In this document: positions 32,848 to 42,396 of the stretch, piece by piece
How positions within the stretch are numbered: the stretch's first letter is position 1
Layout: each line of letters begins with the position of its first letter
Assembly: GCA_918797485.1 (NCBI GenBank)
Contig: CAKKNE010000004.1
Span: 992,001 to 1,056,000 of the forward strand
Direction: 5' to 3'
DNA: 64,000 bases
Origin: Pelagomonas calceolata
Taxonomy: Eukaryota
Translations under genes and position numbers: made by a program
Notes under the pieces: model-generated
Databases searched by the model: none
Told to the model about the DNA's origin: nothing
The model's input: the letters and a program-made list of their open reading frames with translations, nothing else

Positions 32848-33882
32848 TTACGCGGGACGCCTCGAGTGGGGCACGTAGGCCGGCGCTCTCGGCAGGGGCA
32901 GGCCGCTCGGCTCGCCGCAAAACCCGGAAGAGGCGGGCAGTTGCCCCGACCGGCGCAAGGCCAGAGCGTCCGCGCGCACGGGGTGCGGCACGGGCTCCGA
33001 CCGCGTCGCTCCGACCAGGAGGAACGCGTGGCCCTCGGCCACGTCATTTGCGCAGAACCGCTCGACGGCGGCGGCGCCCCAGCGCGCGTCCTGATTGATC
33101 GCGTTGACGAGCTCGTCCAGGCCGTGCCGCCCCGCCGGGACGCACAGTAATAGTCGACCGCCCGATCGACACAACGACGTACACGTCTCGAGGAGCCCGG
33201 ATGCCATCGCGCCCGACGAGTAGATGAGGTCCGCGCCAAGCACGACATCAAAAGTATCGGACAGGTCCGGCGTGGCCCAGTCGAGGCGTTTTACTTGAGC
33301 GGCCGGAGCGTTCGCCCGGACGACGTCCAGCAGACGTTCTTCGGCGTCCGTCGCGAGAACGACCGCCCCCAGGTCACAGCAGACTCGTGCCACGAGCCCG
33401 ACGCCGCTGCCAAGCTCGACGACGCGCTTGCCGCGCACTATTGGATTGCCCACGAGGTGCCGCGACAGCGCGACGGCCGACGCCCACAGCCGCGAGCCGC
33501 TGCCGAGGCAGTGCTGCGTGCACTGCTTGACGGCGTACGTGCGGTCGCCGACGACGACGTCCGTCGTCTCGTAGACCGGTTCCTCGCCGGCCGGCAGCCA
33601 CGACCCCGCGCACAGGACCTTGTCCTTCACGTTCGGCGTCCACGTCGCGACCTCCGGTTTAATCGCGGAGCGCAGCTCTCGTAGCACGGTCATGCGTTCG
33701 CCCAGTGATAACGCGTCGGCGACCTCGCGGCCGCCGGGGATGGATGTCGGCGTCGCGCCCTTGGGGTACTTTTCAGCGTACGTGATGAGTCGTTTCAAGT
33801 CGGGCTCCGTGTTTAGTGCGAGTAGTCTGCGCCTCGCGTGCCCTGCCCTGCGCAGCTCTTCGTGGTGGGCGCCCAGATGCAT
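32848..33882 (-). CDS. Methyltransf_16-family (METTL21/EEF2KMT-like) protein methyltransferase
   Basis: GSRLWASAVAL, VVELGSGVGL, LATD, LDW, FDVVLGADLIY. Confidence 0.85.
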   Translation of the reverse strand: MHLGAHHEELRRAGHARRRLLALNTEPDLKRLITYAEKYPKGATPTSIPGGREVADALSLGERMTVLRELRSAIKPEVATWTPNVKDKVLCAGSWLPAGEEPVYETTDVVVGDRTYAVKQCTQHCLGSGSRLWASAVALSRHLVGNPIVRGKRVVELGSGVGLVARVCCDLGAVVLATDAEERLLDVVRANAPAAQVKRLDWATPDLSDTFDVVLGADLIYSSGAMASGLLETCTSLCRSGGRLLLCVPAGRHGLDELVNAINQDARWGAAAVERFCANDVAEGHAFLLVGATRSEPVPHPVRADALALRRSGQLPASSGFCGEPSGLPLPRAPAYVPHSRRPA

Positions 33883-33991
33883 CGCCTCGTTCACGCTGCG
33901 CACAGCTGTGCGAGAATTCACTCGCGATCCTTCCTTATCAAAACTCGTGCGTCCTTGAGTGCTAGGGCCAAAAAACGGCGTCGTGCCAGTT

Positions 33992-34015
33992 GCTAGCGGT
34001 TTGAAAGACACTAGG
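33992..34015 (+). promoter_or_regulatory. CTAG inverted-repeat upstream element
   Basis: GCTAGCGGTTTGAAAGACACTAGG, 110 nt upstream of ATG 33882. Confidence 0.55.
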
Positions 34016-34087
34016 GTACGCGATCGCGAACCCTCGCAAAGGACACGTGGGATTATCAACAGCACAGGCACTACCCCGACCACGCGC

Positions 34088-34154
34088 GGTCTCTCCGTCA
34101 AAATCGCGCGCGCCCGCATGCTAGCGCGGACGCGCGGTCACGACACGGGAGACC
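34088..34154 (-). promoter_or_regulatory. Putative SECIS element in a 3' UTR
   Basis: Minus strand: helix I GGTCTC-CCGT / ACGG-A-GAGACC; GUGAC...CGAU G.A/A.G core; 11-bp helix II CGCGCGTCCGC / GCGGGCGCGCG; loop GCTAGCAT lacks the canonical AA. Confidence 0.7.
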
Positions 34155-34170
34155 GGCGGGACGGCGGCGC

Positions 34171-34645
34171 CTACTCCTTCGGCTCGTGGAGCCATTGGCC
34201 GCCGTTCCAGGAACCACCATCCGACGGCATCCACTTCTCCTGCCCGCGGACGTCCTTGAACCCTTCGGTCCCGGCCTGCTGGATCGCGTTCACCTCGAGA
34301 TACATCTTGCCGTCCTTCTCGTGCGGAACCCCTCGCAGGAGGGCGCCGTTGCGCGGCCAGTCGCTCCCGTTCGCGGCGCGCGCCCCGGTGAAGGGATTTG
34401 GGCGCCAGTTGATACCTGCGGTGGTGGCGCGTCGACGGCGTCTCGACGGGCCCCGGGAAGCGAGCGTTCGATTCGCGGCAAGGCGCCGCGTCGACGGCGT
34501 CGAGCACGAGCCGGGCGTTGCGACCGCAGAGGATGGAACGGGACGCCGCGAACATGCCGGTTCAGCTGCCAGTGCTCACTGCACACACAAAGGTCTTCTC
34601 CTCGCCCGCCGCAGCGGTCGCAGTCTTCTCGACGTTGGTCGCCAT
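34171..34645 (-). CDS. Candidate selenoprotein of about 110 aa (in-frame TGA at 34564-34562); exons 34645-34558, 34415-34171
   Basis: MATNVEKTATAAAGEEKTFVCAVSTGS-U-TG|INWRPNPFTGARAANGSDWPRNGALLRG...WMPSDGG...WLHEPKE*; 142-bp GC-AG family B intron; downstream SECIS-like hairpin. Confidence 0.7.
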
Positions 34646-34869
34646 CGCTGCGCCCTTCCTCGTGCTGAAGGTGTCGCCCATTCACGCAGTCGCGGGAAGC
34701 AGCTCTGATCAGGCAGGCTGCAGGCTGAGGCTGACAGCTGCAGCTGGGGCTCAAGCGCCGCGCACGCGACACCAGCCCTGCGCCGGACGGCTCAAAACGC
34801 GTTGCCACAGTCCTCTCAGCTAAAACTTGAACGATCTCGCATCGCTGCGGCACTGGACGTCTCACAGCA

Positions 34870-36618
34870 ATGGAGGCACCCCAGCAGGAGGGCAAAAGCC
34901 AGCGGACGCGCCGCTTGAACGACGAGCTCCATTCATTAGTACGACAAAGAAACTTAAAAGCATGCCTTGCAAAGCTAGCACAGGGCGAAAAAGATAAAAA
35001 TGTCGATGGAAGGAGTTATGCGACCGCCTGTGCCGCGTGCGGCGACGCCGGCGACGGTGCAAAGGCGTTGGAATTACTACGGACCGCGGGCGCGCGGGGA
35101 GGTAAATGCTCACCGGGCGTCGAGGCCTGCACGGCGGCCGTGAAAGCTCTGGGTGCTTCCGATGTCGACGCTGCGTTTTCACTGGTCGAAGCCATGCATC
35201 GCGCGGGCTCGTCCCACGCGCCCCATGCATGCGGCCCGCTCACGGACATCGCAAAGCCGAACCAGCGGACGCTCAACACTTTGTTGCGGGCGTGTTTGAC
35301 TGCTGGGCGCATTGACGTCGCGAAAAAGGCTTTGACACTAGTAGAGCCAGACGCCTCGTCAAAGACGTACGTGGCGGCCATGTACTGCGCCGCGCTCGAC
35401 CCAATTAACGCTAGGAAAACGCTGGGCGACGACGCCGACGCTTCGTCATTAGTGGCGGTCGCGGCCGCCGAAGCGTTACTTGGGGAAACAAAGTGCACGG
35501 AAACGGCGCGCCAGGCGTTGACCGTCGTGGGCCGCCACAACACACAAGGTATCAGGGACGACGCTAGGCGTCAAGCTTCGAACGAGGCGTTTCGCCGCCA
35601 TAGGGACGAGGAGGCGCGCCGCGAGGCGTCGGTCATCGAAGTCGTGCCGGCGTCTCGTACCGTCGAGGCGCTGAAGCGGGTGCTCTGTTGTTCCCAAAGC
35701 GAGGTGTTGTCTGGCGTCGAGCGGAGAGATGCTTTGAACCTACGATTTGGCCTCGATGAAGCCCTCTTCGCTTCGGAACGAGCCCGGGCGCCGGGCGATG
35801 GTCGGGGCGCCAAGAAGAAGCGGCGCGACGCCGTGCGTGTTGTTAGGGATGCGATCGCGAGCGATGCGCGCTTCACACCACCGATCGACGTCCTCGAGTT
35901 GGTTGATGCCACATCTATCGTCGTGGAACTGGGCAGCGGTAGTGGCGAGTGGGCCGCGGCAAAGGCCTTGCATGATCCTACGATAGCTTTGTTAGCTGTG
36001 GAGTCGCGCTGCGACCGCGCCGCATCTATTATCAAACGCAGCGTGCTCGACTCTGTAAATAACTTGTGCGTCGCGCACGGCGCCGCGGCGAACGTTTTGA
36101 ATGCGCTGGCGCCGGGCAGCGTGTCCTGTATCCACGCGAACTTTCCCGAGCCACCCTCGCAAACATGTATTGATACCGACATGCCGCACATGTTGTCTGG
36201 CGAATGTTTTTCGAGCGCGGCGCGCGCGCTGAAGCCCGGTGGGAGGTTTGTGGTTGTGAGCGACAACGAGGCCTTCGCCCGGTATTTAGTGGCGGACATT
36301 CATGAAGCCTTTGACACCGTGCGGCTGCCTTATCGAGAGGTGGCGGCCGGCCTCTACGTCGGCGCGCCTTGTGAACAGATAGGGTGGCCGTCGAAGGGCG
36401 ACTCGTATTTTGATCGGTTGTGGCGCCGCGGCGTGTCGAGGCACTCGGCGACGGCCGACCGGTACGTGATGTGTTGGGAGCGGAACGGCGCGGCCGTCGG
36501 GGCGGTCCCTGAGCGGCATGACGACGTCGTCGTCGTCGAGAAGAAGCGGAAGTCGTCGAAGGGCCTGAAGCACCTGTTGAAGAAGAAGCGCAAAAGGCGG
36601 AAGAAAGCTAGTGAGTAA
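34870..36618 (+). CDS. PPR-repeat protein fused to a TrmB-like tRNA (guanine-N7) methyltransferase
   Basis: PPR-like SYATACAAC, ACTAAVKAL, PNQRTLNTLLRAC; VVELGSGSGEW, LAVE, NFPEP, LKPGG.F.VVSD. Confidence 0.8.
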   Translation: MEAPQQEGKSQRTRRLNDELHSLVRQRNLKACLAKLAQGEKDKNVDGRSYATACAACGDAGDGAKALELLRTAGARGGKCSPGVEACTAAVKALGASDVDAAFSLVEAMHRAGSSHAPHACGPLTDIAKPNQRTLNTLLRACLTAGRIDVAKKALTLVEPDASSKTYVAAMYCAALDPINARKTLGDDADASSLVAVAAAEALLGETKCTETARQALTVVGRHNTQGIRDDARRQASNEAFRRHRDEEARREASVIEVVPASRTVEALKRVLCCSQSEVLSGVERRDALNLRFGLDEALFASERARAPGDGRGAKKKRRDAVRVVRDAIASDARFTPPIDVLELVDATSIVVELGSGSGEWAAAKALHDPTIALLAVESRCDRAASIIKRSVLDSVNNLCVAHGAAANVLNALAPGSVSCIHANFPEPPSQTCIDTDMPHMLSGECFSSAARALKPGGRFVVVSDNEAFARYLVADIHEAFDTVRLPYREVAAGLYVGAPCEQIGWPSKGDSYFDRLWRRGVSRHSATADRYVMCWERNGAAVGAVPERHDDVVVVEKKRKSSKGLKHLLKKKRKRRKKASE

Positions 36619-36872
36619 TCTGTGTGTCTATGTCTTAGTAACGAGCGATCGATGCGCGCCCGCGGCGACGGCGTGCTGGTGGGATAGACGTACCACAACG
36701 ACGCCATCGCCGCGGCGCCGCACTCGTAGGTAGAATCATACCATCGGGGACCCGATAATTACACGGACGTCAGGGGGAGATTTGTCAACTTTTGACTCCA
36801 CCGGGGCGCGTCGGCGCCGGCGACAGATAGATGTATTCGCCCGGAGGCATGGTGCGCGTCCACGACGCGCGT

Positions 36873-38738
36873 TCAGGCGTCGGGCCGCACGACGACGGTG
36901 ACCGGCGCCGGCGGCGCCCCGCGAGTCGACCCGCGCGGCCTAGAGGAGGACGGCGCCGGCGCCGGCGCCTCCTCCTGCGTCGTCCCGCCTTCCTTCCGGC
37001 GCATGTAGCCCTCGCGCCCGCGCGCGCGGCAGCCATCACATTTAGAAGCAGCTAATTTCCCGGCAAATCCGCGTAAATTCCGGAACCGCTTGCAGCCCTT
37101 GCACCACTTGAAGTAGCAGCCCGTCGACGCGTGGACCCAGGTCGCCTTGTCGCATTCCCTACAGACGTCCTTGTTTTGCTTCGGGATGACGGCGCCGCCG
37201 CGGCGGATCGGCGGCATGGGAGGGGGCGTCGCCGGCGTTACGGGCTCCTGGCCGGGGATGGTCTTCTGCGGGGTCCTCTGTCCAGAGACCACTACGGTGA
37301 CGGGCGGATTCCCTTGCCTCGGGGGAGGCGGTCGCGGCACGGGCGGCGCCCTCCCGGCATCCGCGGACGGCTGCCGCCCGCACATGACGCAGTGGCGAGC
37401 ACCCCGTGCTTTGGCTCGAGGGTAGTTCACGAGGGCATCATACGTGGGAGCCTCGCCCCGCAAGATCCGATCCAGAGGCGGCACGTCGCTCATCTGTATT
37501 GTCGACGACACAGCTCCCGCGACCGGTGAAGAACCAGCCACCGGCCGCGCGTAGGCCGGCTCCGGCGGCGGCGGCGCCTGCCTTCTGGCAGGTCGCGCGC
37601 GCCGCCGCATCGGCGCCTCCGCGAAGCCGTCGGGGTCGTCGTAGTTGCCGCCGAAGAGCGGGCCTGCGCGTGTGATCGTGACGACGGCGTCTCGCGAAAA
37701 GACCACCCGCGGCCTGCTCTCCCCCAGACGCCATCGACGCGACGCGCGAGAAGATCAACGGACGCCGTGGGCCGCACCTTCCGGGTCCTCGAAGTCCATC
37801 GCGAACGCGGGGCCGAGGCCGTCGGACGCGCTTCCGGCGGAGCCCGTACGTCTCCTAGGAGAGGGCCCGTCGAAGACGACCGGCACGCCACTGAGTCCCG
37901 CATCGAGGTCCATCAGGTGCTCAAATTCCAACCCTACAGACGCGACCGAGTCGCCCCGCAGCCGCGCGGAAGCGGGACTCGTGCCGACGGAGCTCCCTTG
38001 CGTCATTTCCAAGCCGCCCCGCTTCGCTAACTCCACCAATTCTTTGGAATCGGTCATGTTGCTCTCCACATACCTATCTAATGCCGAGTGCAGCTCGTCA
38101 TGATCTCCGAGCACGAGCAAGTCCTTGATGGCGTTCGCCTGCTGGTCATCCACCACATTCTGCTGGCGCAGCGTCGCGACGCTTCGCAGGCGGCGCACGG
38201 CGTGGCGCCCGCCGCGCGGCGGTCGAGGCGGCTTCGGGGGGCCTCGCAGCCGGAGAGCCTCCATCGACGAACTGAGTTCGGGCTGGCGCCCGCCCCAGTC
38301 GGAACCGTTTTGGCGTTCATACGTGCCATGTCTAGGACCGCTCGTCCGCCGTCGCGCGGTGCTCGGCTTATCTTCGGCTGAAGCGGCTACCGGTGGCGTA
38401 TGACTCAAAAAGTCGAGTTCGCCGCCCGTGAGTGCGGGTGGCGAGTGGCCCCAGGCGTCCTGGGAGTTCGACGCGATCGAGGCGGATCGACCGGACCGCA
38501 CGAGCTCGGCCACTACTCGCGCATCAAGATCAGGTAACATACTTGCTAACATCGTCTGGTTGAGGTCGATACTACCTCTGCGAGAGGGATCGGAGGCCGG
38601 TCTCCCGCTTGGTGAGACGCCCGCCGCGGAAAAGGCGGACTCGTCGAGGCTCCCGATCTTGTCGACGCTGTCGAGCGACCCGACCCTGTCCGCGACATCA
38701 TCCAGCGGGTCACGCTCTGCCGCTGCGACCGCCGCCAT
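36873..38738 (-). CDS. Putative transcription factor with C-terminal SBP-like Cys zinc finger; exons 38738-37778, 37663-36873
   Basis: CVMCG...CRECD...FKWCKGCKRF...F......KCDGCRARGRE; a 114-bp GT-AG intron restores the frame. Confidence 0.7.
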
Positions 38739-39236
38739 CTCTATTGTGTTTGTGGTCGCTGTTCTGGTGGCTCCCGGCCCGTCGGCGCGCCCCGTTTTTG
38801 TCTTTTTCACTCGGTTCAATTGCTCTTCGGTGAGGCCAGGCAAGCACTGTCTTGCCCCGCTGCTTCGCCGGTCGAGCGGGTGGGTCAAGTAGAGCTCCTT
38901 CACAGCCCGCTGGCTTGCAGTATTATCTGCCCGCCTTCTTTTGACGCCTTCGTCTTTATCGACAGAGCCTGCCGCCTCTCTCGAGGCTAGTGCGACCCCA
39001 CTAATGTTTTAATTCAAGCGACGCCTGAGGCGGTCCAAAGTGCCCCCGGGCTGCGCTGGAGAGCCGCCGGGCCACGTCTCGTGAGATACAAAGGCGAGGC
39101 AAGCAGCGCGGCGACCGACGACGCCGACGCGGCGACCAGCACTGGCAGCCGAGCGCTCGACGCCATCGCCGCGTCGGCTCGTCGGCGTGGATAAGGGACA
39201 CAAGAGATAACAAGCCGATAAAGTTAAATGAATTAC

Positions 39237-39944
39237 CTATGGCCGCGGGTACGGCGGTTTGAGTGATGGAAACAGGTGCGGCATCACTGATGGCAACTCA
39301 TAGACGTCGTTCAAATGAAAGTCCGCCTCCGGGCACTCAAACGCGTTGCCTGTGTCCCTCTCATGCTTCCCGATCAGCACCGTCGTCCAGCCCAGCGTCT
39401 TGGCCGTCCTTATATTTTTCACGCTATCGTCGATAAGCATACAAGCCAAAGGATCCGACGCGCCCGCAGCCCTCATGGCCTTCTCGAAGGCCTGGGCGGA
39501 GTGCTTCGTCTCCAGGTCGCACGTCCGCGTATCAATAATGCACGTGAAGAGGTCGTCGACGCCAACGCGCTCGAGGCATCGCTTCGCGTGTTCGGAAATG
39601 GACGCCGTGAACACGAAGCGGTCGGCCTTCGTCCGGCAGGCTGCCACGATCGACCGCATGGCCGGGTCCTCGTGAATCTCGTCCAGCGAGACGTCGTGGA
39701 CCGCGGCGAGGTACTCCTCGATGCGATCGCGCGGCAGGAGCCCTTCCGCCAACAACCCTTTCAAACACGTCCCATGTGTTTTATAAAGTTCATAAGCTTT
39801 GGCGCCGTCGACGCCCAATTCGGACTCCGTGTACTGCGCGATTTTCTGCGTCAGTCGATCTCCGGTCTTCCAGTCGTTCCGATACAGAGTGTCGTCGCAG
39901 TCGAAGAAGATGAATTTGGGGTCGGGTGGCGTGTCGGCGGCCAT
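39237..39944 (-). CDS. HAD-superfamily pyrimidine 5'-nucleotidase (SDT1-like)
   Basis: FFDCDDTLY, LYKTHGTCLKGL, LIDDSVKNIRTAKTLGWTTVL. Confidence 0.88.
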   Translation of the reverse strand: MAADTPPDPKFIFFDCDDTLYRNDWKTGDRLTQKIAQYTESELGVDGAKAYELYKTHGTCLKGLLAEGLLPRDRIEEYLAAVHDVSLDEIHEDPAMRSIVAACRTKADRFVFTASISEHAKRCLERVGVDDLFTCIIDTRTCDLETKHSAQAFEKAMRAAGASDPLACMLIDDSVKNIRTAKTLGWTTVLIGKHERDTGNAFECPEADFHLNDVYELPSVMPHLFPSLKPPYPRP

Positions 39945-40165
39945 TTTTGGCTTTGTGCGGTGCACTTTGACTGATTGCCTCGGCGACGGCGTGAATTTGG
40001 TTTAAGAGAGCACTTGCAGTGCCAGTGGTTGCTCGGCGACGGCGTGCAGCGGAGCTTTGAGCGTTGCACCGGCGGACAGCTGGCTCGCTCCTGAGGCGAG
40101 AACGGAGCAGTAGCTCTGCGAATAGTGCGAACAGCGACAGGTTCAGTCGAGAGCGCTGCAGCAGT

Positions 40166-40190
40166 CTAGCGGTTGAAAAGACACACTAGC
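40166..40190 (+). promoter_or_regulatory. CTAG inverted-repeat upstream element
   Basis: CTAGCGGTTGAAAAGACACACTAGC, about 220 nt upstream of ATG 39944. Confidence 0.55.
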
Positions 40191-40192
40191 AA

Positions 40193-40244
40193 GGATGTAA
40201 CTAGCCTGAGCCTGAGCCTGGACGTAACTAGCCTGAGCCTGGAC
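40193..40244. repeat. Short tandem duplication (GGAYGTAACTAGCCTGAGCCT units)
   Basis: GGATGTAACTAGCCTGAGCCTGAGCCT GGACGTAACTAGCCTGAGCCT GGAC. Confidence 0.8.
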
Positions 40245-40403
40245 TTTTTGCGCTGTCGCGTGGAAGAGAGGCGCAATTGACGGCGCCTGTTGATCTACTA
40301 CGGCGCCTACTGGGGCGGCCGGCGCGAGCGCCGCGGGAGGCGGTCCGCGCCCACGCCGTCGCCGCGACTACTCTAGGAGACCCCTTACCCAGCAGACTCA
40401 AAC

Positions 40404-41304
40404 CTAGAAGCAGTTCACCGTCACCTTGATCGTGAACTGCTCGTCGTCGTCGGGCAGCACGATGCAGAGGTAGCCGACCCTCTCGCCCGTCTGCCCGTCG
40501 GCCTTCACCTCAATATCAAATAAAGACGGCTCGCCGCCCCTTCTTTCCATCCTACCTTGAATGGGCGAGACCGAAAACCCGGGAGGCGTCTCCGGCGACC
40601 AGCCCGCGTAGAAGTCCTCGAAGCCCATGCACACGGGTTTCACGGTGATCGTTTCTAAACGAGGAATATCGGAAGCAGCGGGCATGTCTATCGAAATCTC
40701 CTGGTCGAAGCGGCCCATCTTCGCCAGCGTCGTGAGCTCGAATTTCACGCCGGCGGCCTCGGCCGTCGCGCACGTGTAGCCCCCAATCACGTCGGGATCA
40801 ACATCTAAAGCTCCCTCGACGCCCGGGTTGTTGCCGCCCGTGTTCTGCTCCTTGAGCTTGTCGAGGCCCGTGGAGCCCATGATGCCGTCGGTAAAACCGA
40901 TCTTGTTGCTGATGTCACCTGTGAGAGTCAGGTCATCTCGCATTCGTGCGAGCACACCTTCGTGAGCCTCCACGCCGTCGCCACGCCGTCACAGTCACGG
41001 GGACGTCGCGGTGATGGCGTAGAATCTCCACGCCGTCGTGCAGACGCTACGAAGGCACCATCGCGTCGATGGCGTGCTGAAGGTTGAGTTCCGCACGGGA
41101 GCAATCACCTCTCTCGTCGTCGTCGTCGTAGAAGAAGTCCGGCGTGTCCGTGCTGCTGAAGCCGCCGGACTCGGGCTTCCAGCCGGACCCGACGTCGGTC
41201 TTGATGTTCGGGTCGCTTCTTACGATTGTGGTCGCGCGGGGCGCGGCATTCGGGGAGAAGGCCGCGGCCGAGCCGAGCGCGAGCGCGAGGACGGTCTTGG
41301 CCAT
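40404..41304 (-). CDS. Plastid-targeted hypothetical protein; exons 41304-41109, 40918-40404
   Basis: Signal peptide plus AAAFSP (ASAFAP-type) motif; 190-bp intron with family A-like 5' end (CCGTGCGGAACTCAA) and TSD remnant GTGATTGC / GTGACATC. Confidence 0.8.
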
Positions 41305-41635
41305 CGCTGCGGCGTGCCTGCGCGGTGTGTGGCGTTCTATATGCCGGCTCGGCGGCGTTTCGGCTGCGGCTTTTAGGGAGAGCCTCTCTCTGCCTGATCA
41401 GTGCTGCAAAACGCCGCGCGTCAAGCCAAATATCTCAATCTCGGCACGAGTGTGCACGGATGCGGGCGTTTACTGAAGCGGTGCTGTACACTGGGGTCCG
41501 TGCAATGCGGATTTAGCTCCGGCCTGCAGGCTGCGTGGCTTCAGTGACATGCGAGATCGAGCCGCAGGAACGGTAGCAGGCCCGGAGACGCGTCGTTGCA
41601 CTGCTCTGAGCGGCCTCGTATCCTTGCCTCGCATC

Positions 41636-41659
41636 GCTAGTGTCTTACAGCCCGCTAGC
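41636..41659 (-). promoter_or_regulatory. CTAG inverted-repeat element in a divergent promoter
   Basis: GCTAGTGTCTTACAGCCCGCTAGC between ATG 41304 (-) and ATG 41885 (+). Confidence 0.65.
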
Positions 41660-41884
41660 TTTGCCGCTTTTGCACTTTTGGCCCTGGTACACACGCCAGG
41701 AGCCGTTCTCAACACAGATTAATACATTCTGTAGGCTGCCACCGAGCAAATCTCGCGCCCCACAGCTCGCGAGCGCTGTTTGTGCGCTCACTGCAAAGAG
41801 CCAAAGCCAACTGTGACACCAGGGAGCGCCAGGTGCCGCCGCCGACGAACGTAGTCGTAGAGCAGCCATCAAAGATAAAACAAG

Positions 41885-42382
41885 ATGAACGCCGCCGCCA
41901 GCATGCTGCGGTCCGTGCTCAACACCTCGCGCGCGGCCCTGTCGAGCGGCGTCCCGAAGCGCCCGCCGACGTCCTACATGCTCTTCGCGAAAGCGCAGCG
42001 CGCCGCCGGCGCCGTCGACGCGTCGTTAAAGGTGCCGGAGCAGGGTAAACAGATCGGCGCGGCCTGGCGCGCGCTAGCCGACAAGAGCCCATACGAGGCC
42101 GAGAGCCTGCGGCTGCGGGAGGCCTACGCGGCCGAGGTCAAGGCCTACACGGAGACGCACGGGACACCACCCCCCTCGAAGAAGGCTTTGAAGCAGAGCC
42201 AGCCCAAGAAGAAAAGGGCCCCGTCGGCCTACGTGCTCTTCGTGAGCGACGTTTTGAAGCACGAGACCGCACCCAAACAAGTGGATAGGATGCGCGCCGT
42301 CGCCGCGAAGTGGGGCTCCATGTCCGACGCGGAGAAGGCGCCTTACCAACGCCGGGCGGCGGAGGCGAAGGCGGCGATGTAG
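41885..42382 (+). CDS. Double HMG-box protein, probably mitochondrial (TFAM/Abf2-like)
   Basis: PKRPPTSYMLF...IGAAWRAL; KKRAPSAYVLF...AAKWGSMSDAEKAPY; presequence-like N-terminus. Confidence 0.85.
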   Translation: MNAAASMLRSVLNTSRAALSSGVPKRPPTSYMLFAKAQRAAGAVDASLKVPEQGKQIGAAWRALADKSPYEAESLRLREAYAAEVKAYTETHGTPPPSKKALKQSQPKKKRAPSAYVLFVSDVLKHETAPKQVDRMRAVAAKWGSMSDAEKAPYQRRAAEAKAAM

Positions 42383-42396
42383 TCCTAAAAACTTTA

